Source: the human T2T-CHM13v2.0 reference genome, Homo sapiens
Assembly (NCBI RefSeq): GCF_009914755.1
Contig: NC_060943.1
DNA length: 64,000 nucleotides
Reading direction: 5' to 3' (one strand)
A model generated the notes under the pieces. That model had not been told where the DNA came from. It ran no database searches and worked only from the letters and a program-made list of their open reading frames with translations. Positions 16,956 through 38,113 of this stretch are shown here, piece after piece. The position numbers and the translations under genes are program-made. Each line of letters starts with the position of its first letter. The stretch's first letter is position 1.

Positions 16956-17189
16956 CTCACTCTGCTCTCTTGACACAGTTCCAGCAATGCAGCCCCAGGC
17001 ACCAGCTCCGAGAAGGATGCGGTGGGGCGGGGTGGGGAACCTGCCCAGGGGGCCCAGCTCTGGGGCGGGGCGGGGGCGCCTCCTTCCGGCCCGCGGTCCG
17101 GGCGGCCCTCGCAGCTGTCCAGGCCCCGGCAAGCCCGGGCGTGGTGTCCGAGCGGACGAATAAATAGGGGCGGTCAGTGGTCAGGTGGG

Positions 17190-17367
17190 TCAGGTGGGCT
17201 TGTGATCCGGGTGGCTTTTGAGCGTGTGGAACTTGACGCTGTCCAGCTTCTCGAAGCGCTTCCCGCAGCGATCGCACGTGAAGTTGTACTGCACCTCCGC
17301 AGTGTGCTTCTTCATGTGCCAGTTGAGCGACGCGCGCTGCCGGCACTGGTAGCCACAGATCTCGCAC
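17190..17367 (-). CDS. ZNF653: ZNF653 exon 9 coding part (fingers 4-5, stop)
   Basis: Acceptor cggcag|G, then (Q)CEICGYQCRQRASLNWHMKKHTAEVQYNFTCDRCGKRFEKLDSVKFHTLKSHPDHKPT-TGA (17190-17192). Total CDS 1848 nt = 615 aa. Confidence 0.95.
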
Positions 17368-17549
17368 CTGCCGGGAGCCCGTGGCGGGACGGGGCGGGGT
17401 CAGAGTGGGCGGGGCGGGGCGGGGCCCTACAAGGCCGAGCGCAGGTGGAACCGGGCCCAGACACTGCGTTGGGGCGAAGCCGCCCCTGGGACCTGCTGGG
17501 ATCCCCTCCCACCCAATCCTCTAGCGGCACGGGGCGGCCTGTCACTCAC

Positions 17550-17649
17550 TGCAGGGGGGTCTCGCCGGTGTGGGTGCGCCGATGTACCTCCAGGTGGTTC
17601 TTCCTCTTGAAGGACTTGCCGCAGGTCTCGCAGGTGAATTCACGGACAC
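17550..17649 (-). CDS. ZNF653: ZNF653 exon 8 (finger 3)
   Basis: [34 protein letters not shown]; AG/GTGAGT boundaries; 100 nt. Confidence 0.96.
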
Positions 17650-17894
17650 CTGGGGGCGGTGGGGACCGAGGCTGAGGACGGTGGGCTATGGGGTGTCTCT
17701 GATGTGCTGCAGACTCTGATGCTAGAAGGAGCATCAGGCTGTCTCCTTGGATCTCCCAGGACTGCAGGTGCAGGCCGACCAAACCCTACGTCCTTCCCGT
17801 GCATTTGCCCACAGACGCCATCAAGCAGAACTGAGATCGAACTTGGGTCCCTGAGAGGCATAGGGTGCACACTACCAAGCCAACATGGGTCTGA

Positions 17895-18083
<189 letters not shown>

Positions 18084-18398
18084 TAATTTTGTATTTTTAG
18101 TAGAGACGGGGTTTCTCTATGTTGGTCAGGCTGGTCTCGAACTCCTGACCTCAGGTGATCTGCCCACCTCAGCCTCCCAAAGGGCTGGGATTACCACCAC
18201 GCCCGGCCTTGTCCCTGATATTTGAACTTTGGGTGATTTCGCAAAATGAAAACAAAAACAAAAACAAAAAAAACTTCTGCCCAGCACGGTGGCTCACACC
18301 TATAATCCCAGCACTTAGGGAGGCCAAGGTGGGCAGATCGCCTGAGATCAGGAGTTGGAGACAAGCCTGGCTAACATGGCGAAACCCTGTCCCTACTA

Positions 18399-18569
<171 letters not shown>

Positions 18570-19163
18570 TTAAAAAAAACCAAAAAAAACAAAAAAAACC
18601 CCCAAACTTCTGACCTCCTGTGATATCAGAAGCTCTGGCCCTCAGGGCATGCCCTATCGCTGGACACAGGCACCATGGCTCTCCACTATGTCCCCAGCCC
18701 ATGCAGAAGACCTGCATCTCTGCCACAAGTGGAAACAGAAGCCCAGTCCCAAGCCAGCTGCTCCTCTTTGCCCAGCTCTCCTTCCTGCTGCTGCTTGGGT
18801 GGGCACTGGTCTAGCCTGTGGCCCCAGGTGCTGCTATAGGTTCCAATCTGGAAGAGCAGTGGCGGTGTCAGCTGCTCCCTAAGTCTCGCATGAGACCTGC
18901 TCTTGGGATCATGGGGCATGGGGTCGCGGGGATAGGAGGGAAGATGGCCAGCCCCACCCAATTCCTGTGATTGATTGGTAATAGTTCCTGTCGCTGTGGC
19001 TCACATAGCTACAGCTTACTGAGGACAGGGAGGAGGCTCCTAGGGGTGTAGTCCTGTGCCCGGAGACCCAGCACTGGGCTTTGACCCGCCAGCTCTGGCC
19101 CAGGCTCCCAGGCCCATGTCCCTGTGTCCCCCGCTCATGCTGCCAGCTGGCCCAGGGCCTGAC

Positions 19164-19278
19164 CTGAATGGATGATCATGTGCCGCCGCAGGTGGTTGGA
19201 TAAATAGAACTTCTTGCCACAGCCAGGATGAGGGCACACTTTGGTCTTTCCTTTCCGATGCACAAGATTGACGTGGTT
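19164..19278 (-). CDS. ZNF653: ZNF653 exon 7 (end of finger 1, finger 2); not shown in the ORF track
   Basis: Acceptor tctccag|, then NHVNLVHRKGKTKVCPHPGCGKKFYLSNHLRRHMIIHS, donor G|GTCAGG; 115 nt, phases fit. Confidence 0.95.
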
Positions 19279-20276
19279 CTGGAGACGAGACAGGCAGAAG
19301 TGGGTCCCATAGGCCCACAGAAGGGGCTCTGGGAGGTGGGGAGAGATGAGGGCAGCTGGAAGGCAGGCTGGGGCTGGCCTCCCCAGGAGGAGGGAAGAGG
19401 GGTACCCTTGCCCAGCTCAGAGATTCCCAGGGGCACAACTGGGGTCAAAGGGTAGCTTTATTTTTTTTATTTTTTGAGATGGAGTCTTGCTCTGTCGCCC
19501 AGGCTGGAGTGCAGTGGTGTTCTCTCAGCTCACTGCAAGCTCCACCCCCCCGGGTTCACACCATTCTCCTGCCACAGCCTCCTGAGTAGCTGGGAGTACA
19601 GGCGCCCGCCACCACGCCCGGCTGCTATTATTTTTTTCTGTATTTTTTAGTACAGACAGGGTTTCACCGTGTTAACCAGGATGGTCTCGATCTCCTGACC
19701 TCGTGATCCGCCCACCTCGGCCTCCCAAAGTGCTGGGATTACAGGTGTGAGCCACCGCACCTGGCCAAGGGCAGCTTTATTGAACACCTACTATATGCCA
19801 GGCTCTGGACTGGGGTATCTGTCAACTCTGTGAAGGGCCCAGCTGTTAGCCCAATTAATCGATGGGGAAACTGAGGTTCAAGGCTCTGTGGTTTGGCCAA
19901 GGTCTCACAGGTGGCCAGTGGCAGGACTGGGACTGGATTTGAGGGCTATCAGCCTCTGTGGGCCTGGAACAGGCAGCCCCAATTGATTCATTCCTTTGTT
20001 CCTTCACTCTTTAACTTACTAGAACAACCCTGGCTCCAGCTTGCAGGCCTGGCTTGCACTAAGTGCTTAATACATGCTCAATCAATGCATGGCATGGCAC
20101 AAAGGCCTGTTGTTGCATCCTCCCATGCCAGGTCCTGGGGTGTGACAAGTCCCTGTCTTTGCCTTCAGGGACACCTCGTCAAATTTCAAGGGGCAAACTA
20201 GAGGTAGGACATCCTGGTGGTGCCATGGCCTGGGCCTTGTGGGCCTGGCCCAGGCTGCTCCGGGTGGCGGCCTCAC

Positions 20277-20388
20277 CTGGAAGCTGCTGAGGGCCACGTA
20301 GACTTGGCTGCAGCCCTCGTATGGGCAGTGGAACATCTCGAGCAGGCCGTCAGCATCCATCACCCGCGACCGCTTGCTCCGCCGCCTC
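20277..20388 (-). CDS. ZNF653: ZNF653 exon 6
   Basis: RRRSKRSRVMDADGLLEMFHCPYEGCSQVYVALSSFQ; donor CAG|GTGAGG; 112 nt. Confidence 0.95.
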
Positions 20389-20494
20389 CTGGAGGGGAAG
20401 GGGCCATGACATCGGGGCTCCCGCACCAGGCAGGCTGGGGGCCTGCGGGCCGCTTCTAGCCCTCGCCCTCACCCTTGCCCGCCCCGGCACCCAC

Positions 20495-20666
20495 TTCTCA
20501 GGCTCCTTGGGGATTTCATAGATGATGGCTGACATGTCGCTGCCGTCCAGCTCCTCCCCGTCCGCCTCTGCCTCAGGCTCTGCGCTCTCAGGCACCGTTG
20601 TTGCCAGCTCCGGGGCTACTGGCTCCTCCTTCTCCTCCTTCTTTAGCAAGCACAGGTCCTCCTTCT
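20495..20666 (-). CDS. ZNF653: ZNF653 exon 5 (acidic region)
   Basis: EKEDLCLLKKEEKEEPVAPELATTVPESAEPEAEADGEELDGSDMSAIIYEIPKEPEK; ctgtag| ... |GTGGGT; 172 nt. Confidence 0.93.
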
Positions 20667-20799
20667 CTACAGGGTGGACACAGGGTGGTGTCCGCAGGGG
20701 ACGAAGGCTGCCGAGGTGCCCACTTCGAGGGCCATTCCTCGCCCGGCCCCTCCCAGGCCCAACCACCCCTGGCCAGAGGCCACGACAGGTCCCCCAGAC

Positions 20800-22340
<1,541 letters not shown>

Positions 22341-22387
22341 TGATCCGCCCACCTCGGCCTCCGAAAGTGCTGGGATTACAGGCATGA

Positions 22388-22531
<144 letters not shown>

Positions 22532-22677
22532 TGAGTAGCTGGGATTACAGGCGTGCACCACCACACCTGGCTAATTTGTGTGTTTTTAGTAGAGATGAGG
22601 TTTTGCCATGTTGGCCAGGCTAGCCTCAAACTCCTGACCTTGGGTGATCCATCCACCTCGGCTCCCCAAAGTGCTAG

Positions 22678-23007
<330 letters not shown>

Positions 23008-23439
23008 TGATTTTCCCAAGTAGAGATCAGGTCTTGTTATGCTACCCAGGCTGTGGCCTTGAACTCCTGGGCTCCAGTGATCCTCCCACCTCAGCCTCCC
23101 AAAGTGCTGGGATTACAGGCGGGAGCCACCATGCCCGGCCAGCAGTTGGTATTTGTTGAGGGCTCTTCAGGGGCTAGACACTGTGACCCTCTCACTGCTT
23201 AAAACAGCAGTCACTTCTCAATCCCCACTGTCCCTAACTGTTCCAAGATGACTGACCCAGCTGACCACCCCTACTCCAGGGGACACTCTCCTCTCTTAGC
23301 CCCCAGACCCACGCTGTGGTATCCTGGGCCCTTCCTGGTGGCTCCTTCCAAGTTTATTTGGTTCTTGCAGGCCTGGAAGGCTTGGCCTGGGGCCTCTCCT
23401 CAGCGCTCACCTTACCCCCAGGCTTGCCCAGGCTAATGG

Positions 23440-23875
23440 GGTTAAAGGCCACCCTCCGATTCTCGATGCCAACTGAATGTCCAATAATTCAATCCAATCT
23501 GACATTATCTTCCCGGAGTGGGCGTCAAATCCTCCAAGTTAAAGGCTCAGTCCCACAAGACCGCCGGACTTCAGATGTCAGCTGCAAGTCCTGGGCTACC
23601 CTGTATGTCTGACCAATGGGCTCTAAATGGGGGGTTTCCATGACCCCATCCTCAGGTTTGATAATTTGTTAGAACAACTCACAGAACTCAGAAAATGGCT
23701 CTACCTACAATTACAGCTTTATTACAAAGGATTCAACTCAGCGACAGCCAAAGGGAAGAGATGCACAGGGCAAGATACGGGGGTATGGTATGGGCTTCCA
23801 TGCCCTCTCCGGGGGTACCACCGTCCCAGCATCTCAATCTGGAACTGTTCACCAATCTGGGACTGTTCAAGAGGG
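23440..23875. mobile_element. MER21-type LTR fragment
   Basis: ggctcagtcccacaagac, ctcaggtttgataatttgttagaacaactcacagaactcag and gaagagatgcacagggcaag are MER21 hallmarks. Confidence 0.7.
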
Positions 23876-23939
23876 TTTTTGTTGTTCTGTTGTTGTTGTT
23901 GTTTGTTTTTTTGAGACAGAGCCTTGCTCTGTTGTGTAA

Positions 23940-24137
<198 letters not shown>

Positions 24138-24665
24138 TGATCTGCCCGCCTTGGCCTCCCAAAGTGCTGGGATTACAGGTGTGAGCCACCGCGACTGGCC
24201 AAGTATGTATTCTTATTACTACAACCATCCATGGCCTGGTGATTCCATCTGCAGCTTCTGCCTACACCTCCATGTCGAGCTCCAGATTCTTCCATCTCAT
24301 TGGCCCCCTAAGAGTGTCTCACAGGCATCTCAAACTCAGATCTGCAACACTGGGCTCTGTATCTTCCCTTCTACAAAGCCTGCACTGCTCACGGGTGTCC
24401 CTGACTCAGCGGAAGGCAGCTCAGTCTCTCCAGTGGCTCAGGCCAAAGTCCTGGGGCTCTTGTTGACTTCTCTCTCTCTCACACCCACTTCCAATCTGTC
24501 AGCAAAACCTGTTGGTGCTGCATCCAAAATACATCCACCCGCAGCCTGAACGCTTCTCCCACTTCCCCTGCAGATGCTAGTTGCGGCCCCACCGGCCCCC
24601 TGCCAGGGCCAGTGCAGTCCCTTCTTTTGGGTCCCCGGCTCCTAAGAACCTACTCTTTACCTCCT

Positions 24666-24985
24666 GTGAAAGAAGCAGGCCAGCTACTCACTAAATCCCT
24701 CTCTTCCTGGCACCAGCACCGACTACATTTCCCAGCATCTCTTGCAGGTAGGTGTGGCCATGTGGCTGAGTCCCAGCCAATGGAATGCAAGTGGACAGGT
24801 GCTCCCAAGGTTGAGTCTCCACTTTTCTCCCCACCAGTAAGCCAGGACCCACAAGGAGGCTGGAGCCATAGGAAGGAAAGAACCTGGGTCCAGGGATGAA
24901 AGGCAGTCTGCAGGATGGAAGCACCAGGCTTTGTATGTGGGAAACAAACCACTGTGCCAGGTCACGAGAGCTGGAGTGCGTCTGT
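24666..24985. mobile_element. MLT1I/J-type LTR fragment
   Basis: ctacatttcccagcatctcttgcaggtaggtgtggccatgtggctgagt...ccaatggaatg. Confidence 0.6.
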
Positions 24986-25096
24986 TTCAGGAGGTGTTCC
25001 ATCACCTCCTGTCCTCGCCTCCTCTCCTAATGTCCTTGGAGACACTAGATAGGTTCCTGCCTCAAGGCCTTTGCACCTGCCATTCCCTCGGCTTGA

Positions 25097-25258
<162 letters not shown>

Positions 25259-25498
25259 TAATTTTTAGTAGAGACAGGGTTTCACCGTGTTAGCCAGGAT
25301 GGTCTCGATCTCCTGACCTCATGATCCGCCCACCTCGGCCTCCCAAAGTGCTGGGATTACAGACGTGAGCCACCGCACCCGGCCGGCTTGAATCCTCTTC
25401 TGTCTGACACCTGAGAGGGCTCCTCCCTCCCCTCCATCAGATCCTTCATTAAAGGTATTTTTTCAGGGGGAATTTCCTGACCATTCTGTCTCAAATAG

Positions 25499-25678
<180 letters not shown>

Positions 25679-26494
25679 TGAGTAGCTGGGATTACAGGCA
25701 CACCCCACCATGCCCCGCCAATTTTTATATTTTTAGTGGAGACAATGTTTCACCATATTGGACAGGCTGCGAACTCCTGACCTCAAGTGATCCACTCACC
25801 TTAGCCTCCCAAAGTGCTGGGATTACAGGCGTGAGCCACCACGCCCAGCCTGTATTTTAATTAATTTATTTTTTTGAGACAGTGTCTCCCTCTGTCACCT
25901 AGGCTGGAATGCACTGGCACAGTCATAGCTCACTGCAGCCTCGAGCTCCTAGGTTCAAGCGATCCTCCTGCTTCGGCCTCCTAAAGCACTGGGAGAGGTG
26001 CACCACCATGCCCAGCTAACTTTTTCATTTTTTTGCTAGAGATGGGGTCTCACTATGTTGCCCAGGCTGTTCTCTAAGCCGTGGCCTCAAGCAATCCTAA
26101 CTTGGCTTCCCAAAGCACTGGGATTACAGGCTTGAGCCACTGTGCCCAGCCTGCACTCTATATTTTTATTGGTTTATCCTGCTTACAATCCGCTTCCCCT
26201 CTAGAATGTAAACTCCGTAAGGTTGCGGGGTCCCGGTGCAGAGCCCCCAGTGCCGAGAAGGCTGTGTGGTGCACAGTGAGGGCTCGTTCCAATAAATGAA
26301 TCAATCTCTGCTCCCTAGTCTTGGCTCACTGCAGCCTCTGCCTCCCGGGTTCAAGTGATTCTGATGCTTCTGCCTGCCAAGTAGCTGGAAGTACAGGCAC
26401 ACACCACCACACCTGGCTAATTTTTTGTATTTTTAGTAGAGACCGGGTTTTGCCATGTTGCCCAGGCTGGTCTCGAACTTCTAGCCTCAAGTGA

Positions 26495-26887
<393 letters not shown>

Positions 26888-27610
26888 TAAATATGTATAA
26901 GGGTTTAGGACAGTAGGAGATTAAAAGTATGTACCCTGTAAGTTTCCTATTATTATCTCAGTGCCATTCAGGGCAGTGAGATGCCCACTGTTGATGGACC
27001 TGGGGTGGCAGCAGGGTTGGGGATAAGGAGGATCAGCCCCTCTTTCTGGATAATTTCCCCTTGTCCTGTATTCTGCAGGGTGGGCAAACTCTCTGGCACC
27101 ATCCAGAAGGAGGGCGCAGTGTCCTAATGAGTGGAGGGAAGGGCCAGAGCACGCGTCTGGGTCCACCTGACTGCAGCACCTGCTAAGTTTGGCTGACCCC
27201 AGACTTCTCCTCAGGTAATGACAGCACCAACAGAAATAGCCATGGGCAAGGCCCGGTGGCATATGCCTGTAATCCCAGCACTTTGGGAGGCCAAGGCAGG
27301 AGGATTACTAGATCCCAGGAGTTTGAGACCAGCCTGGGCAACACAGTGAGATCCCATCTCTACAAAAAATTTAAAAATCAGCTGGCTGTGGTGGTGTGTG
27401 CCTGTGTTCCCAGCTACTCAGGAGGCCAGGGTGGGAGGATCACTTGAGCCCAGGAATTGGAGGCTGAAGTGAGCTATGATGGCACCACTGCACTCCAGCC
27501 TGGGCAACCGTGAGACCCTGTCTTAAAAAAAATAAATAAAAATAAAAAGCCAGGTATGGTGGCTCACACCAGTAATCCCAGCACTTAGGGAGGCCGAGGC
27601 AGGAGGATCA

Positions 27611-28189
<579 letters not shown>

Positions 28190-29046
28190 TCAGATAAATA
28201 AATACATACATAAATAAATAATAAAAAGTTGAGTTGGGGCGTAAGTAAGCTGCTCTGGGCACCACCCACACCCCAGCCTGACCCATCACCAAATGGGCCA
28301 GTCAGATCACTCCTGGGGCTTGGGATTCCTTGACTGCCAAGTGGGGCTGATGACAAGGCCATGGGGAAGATTCATGGTGGCTCTGGGCAGGGCCAGGAGT
28401 GGCACACAGTGAGGGGGCAGTAAAAGGCAGAGGAGGGCGGAATGCAGATCATGGGATGGGGCAGCCGAGAGGCCACTGCACGCTGAGAGCCTGGCCGACA
28501 CTTGGTGGGACGGTCGTTGGCGGGGGCGCCCACCCGGAACACCTCTCGCCCCCGGCTTCCCCTCGGCCAGCTGGGATGCCACCTGCTCCGAGATGCCAGC
28601 CAGCGCAGGCTCAGCCCTGGTGACCGCCCCACCCTCAGCCCTGACAGGACGCCTGGCAGTGTGCCCTACGCTCCTTCTCCAGCCATTGCCGAACCCCTGA
28701 GGCTGCCGGCAGCCCCCTCACCACTCACCGGGGCCAACTGAGCCTCCCTCACTGAGTCCCTGCCCCGTGGGATGGGAAGGAGAGAGGCAGGGACCGCGAA
28801 GGTGGGGAGGGAGGAGGAGAAAGGGGAATAGAAGGAAACAAGAGAAAGAGAGAGAGGGAGATGAGACAGAAAATGAAAGATCAAGGAAGGAGGAGACAGA
28901 GGCAGCTCAAGGGAGGAGAAATGGGGAACAGGAGGGAAACAGAATGGAGGGGGAAGGCAAGAAACGAAGCCTGGAAAGGCAGAAGGCAAGAGAATGCAAC
29001 TGGGAGCCAGAGAAAATCGAAAAGGAGGTAGCGGCCAGCTTAGCCA

Positions 29047-29127
29047 GGGCTCAGGAGAGCATCACAGCCTATGAAGCCATAAGGCCTGGGTGGTTTAGGC
29101 GGCCGTTTCGCTGTGGGGGCCGAGCCC
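29047..29127 (-). ncRNA. MIR7974: miR-7974 hairpin in ZNF653 intron 3 (mature 3' arm 29047-29070)
   Basis: Minus strand AGGCTGTGATGCTCTCCTGAGCCC matches the miR-7974 sequence as I recall it. GGGCTC/GAGCCC and CACAGC/GCTGTG arms can pair. Confidence 0.8.
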
Positions 29128-29452
29128 TGCCCCAGCAGGCCTGCCCCCGCCCCAGCTGCCAAGCCAGGGCTCCTGGGCCCTCAGCCAGCCCTGCCTGGGA
29201 CTGGCCTTGGGCACAGATTGGCAAACTGCTCCATAAAGAGGGACTGCCTCCCCACTCAAGCTCTGTAAGGACGCAAAGAGGGCAAGGCCACGAAGGACTC
29301 AGCCTGGCCCATCGTGTCCCTGCTCTGCCCCAGTGCCAGAGCCAGAGCCAGAGCCACTGTGGCTGCTATTCTGTTTGTGATGCTAGCCTAGGGCTCGTAA
29401 GAAGCCCCCAGAAATGGGCGGCCCCCTATGTGCCCTCGCCCTGCAGACCTAC

Positions 29453-29668
29453 CTTTGTCACTGTCAGGGTCTGAGTCGCTGAGGGGCTTCAGGGGCGAAT
29501 GCAGGTCCTGGAAGTAGCGGTGGCCAGCTTCGCACTGCCACACGGCCGTGGTGTACAGGCCAAAAGTGGGGTCTAGCTCCGCCAGGTGCGGCTCGTACGG
29601 GCAGCGGTGCTTGTGGTCCTCGTACCAGATCACCACGTTCTTCAGGCAGTTCACGTTGCGTCGCCGCC
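29453..29668 (-). CDS. ZNF653: ZNF653 exon 3
   Basis: RRRRNVNCLKNVVIWYEDHKHRCPYEPHLAELDPTFGLYTTAVWQCEAGHRYFQDLHSPLKPLSDSDPDSDK; ccatag| ... G|GTAGGT; 216 nt, phase 1-1. Confidence 0.95.
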
Positions 29669-30078
29669 CTATGGACACAGGGCCGAGGAGTGGGTATAAG
29701 GGACAGGGCTCAGCCCATGGTGACATGGCTGCCTGAACCACCGGGGCTTTATGGGTCCCATGGGTTTGGAGGCCCTCCTGAGTACCATCCAGGCCTGTAC
29801 CCAGTTTAAAGGGGGAAACTGAGGCTCAGAGAGGAGAGGCACCCCCTGGAGGTAACGGGGACTGTTCTATTGGCAAAGTCATGTAAACAGTGGAGCCTGG
29901 TGCACAGTAGGTGCATAATAATTGTTAGCTGCTTGTTAATTGTTCTCATCTTCATCAAACGCCTAGACCAGCGCAGTCCTCAGGCCCAGGACTCCCAGGC
30001 TCCCGCCCTAACCACCCCCTACAGCCGCAAGGGGGCGCCTGTGAATGCCCGAGTCAAGTCTGTTCCCTCCTCTGCTCA

Positions 30079-30422
<344 letters not shown>

Positions 30423-31798
30423 TCACCTCCCCGCCCTCACCCACTTGGTGACTGCACTCCACTCCAGCCACATGGCCTCCTCGCTGTTCCTGGAGCGGGC
30501 TAGGTGTGGCCCTGCCTCAGGGCCTTGGCACAGGCTGTGCCTGCTTCCTCTAGATAACTGTCTTGCTCCCTCCCCACTTCACTCAGGTCTCCCCCAAATG
30601 CATCCCCTCCAAGAGGCCACTCCCTGCCCAGTCACTCTAGCCGACCTTAACTTTGCTGTCTGTTTTCTCCAGGTAGTACCTAGATGCCATCTGTGGCCAT
30701 TTGTTTACATGTGCCCTGTCTGTCTCTCCCACCAGAATGTCAGCTCCTCAAGAGCAGGAACACTGCTGTTTTGCTCCTCCTGTACCCCCAGTGCCCCCAA
30801 AGGGCCTGGTTCATAGCAGGTGCTCCAGGAACATTTGCTGGATGAGAGAACGCTGCATAGCGGGCGGGCATGGTGGAGCCGGACCGCCTGGGTTTGAATC
30901 CTGGCTCTGCCCCTTCCAAGCTGGGTAGCTCCAGGCAAGTGACTTGGCTTCTCTGAGCCCCAGGTGCCTCCTCTAGGCTGGGGAGAATAAGGGATTCCCA
31001 TCCCGGAGGGCTGCCAGGCAGGAGGAAGGGAGTGAAGACATCGCCAGGACACAGAACAAGGCTGGGCACACAGTGAGTGCTGGGAAATGGTATCTGACTC
31101 TTGTGATGGTCCTGGTCCCTCAGCCAAGTGCGAGGACAGCATGTCCCCCACTCCTACCCTGTGGGCCGGGAGATGAAGAGGGGCCCAGAAGAGGTGTTTG
31201 GGTCTAGGGAATGTGCTCACAGTCTCCAATCATGAGGGCAACAGAGTCGTCACCCACAGCCGCCTCTCCGGCCCAGCCCTTTCCCTCCTCAATGCGCTCC
31301 TCATCCCTTGAGGATTCAGGATCAAGGTCATAGCTCACCCCTGCCTCTGGAGAAACCTAAGAAGGGAGGGGCTCACTGCCACCAGCTGGCCTTCACCCTG
31401 CTGGACATGGCCTGGGACCCCCAGCTCCAGGGCTCAGAGCTGTGCAGACCCTGACAGTTCAAGCTCTCACCAACTGGTGGCCAGCAGGACAGGAGGAGCA
31501 AGCTCCAGACCTCCCCTCTAACCACCAGTGCTTGGCTCCCCCTGCCCTTAGGGCTCTGCAAAAGCTGTTCCCTCTGCTCGGCTCTCCCCTGGCTGACTCC
31601 CATGCCGGGAGCAAGAGAATGAGGGAGCCAAGGACACTGCGCCTGAGACACAAGACACGCAGACCCGGGTTTGAGGTCGGGCTCTGCTGGTTCCAACTGT
31701 GCTGCCTAGGGCAGCGACCTGGCCTCTCTGGGCCTCCATCTCCATATTCCCACCGCTCCCAACTCTCCCCACCTCCCCCAGGCTGAGCCTCCACTTAC

Positions 31799-31842
31799 TT
31801 TTCTTCCGCTTTGGCTTTTTGGGGACCTGCTCCCAAGGCTTC
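31799..31842 (-). CDS. ZNF653: ZNF653 exon 2 (44 nt, basic NLS-like)
   Basis: ttctgttgcag|G AAG CCT TGG...KPWEQVPKKPKRKK A|GTAAGT; phases 2 and 1 fit exons 1 and 3. Confidence 0.93.
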
Positions 31843-31905
31843 CTGCAACAGAAAGAGGCAGAGAGGGTGAACGGGGGACCAGCGCTGGGCCTGTCTGACC
31901 CATGA

Positions 31906-38113
<6,208 letters not shown>

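Larger units (their letters stand above)
12900..17700. promoter_or_regulatory. Large CpG-island complex covering ELAVL3 5' intron 1, exon 1, upstream region and ZNF653 last exons
   Basis: Very high GC and CpG density, many GGGCGG boxes, Alu-free, in contrast to the flanks. Confidence 0.85.

Noticed and set aside
17181-17192. Stop-codon readthrough of ZNF653
   Set aside because: The context is UGA-CCCA, not UGA-CUAG, and a second in-frame UGA follows after two codons.
28729-28737. 9-nt in-frame microexon (gctcag|TTGGCCCCG|gtgagt)
   Set aside because: Its AG is the fourth after the pyrimidine tract and is preceded by purines; the first AG (28760) is the more plausible acceptor.
28767-29474. 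235-aa plus-strand ORF
   Set aside because: Stop-poor because of the purine tract; starts at a GTG, antisense to ZNF653, no domain.
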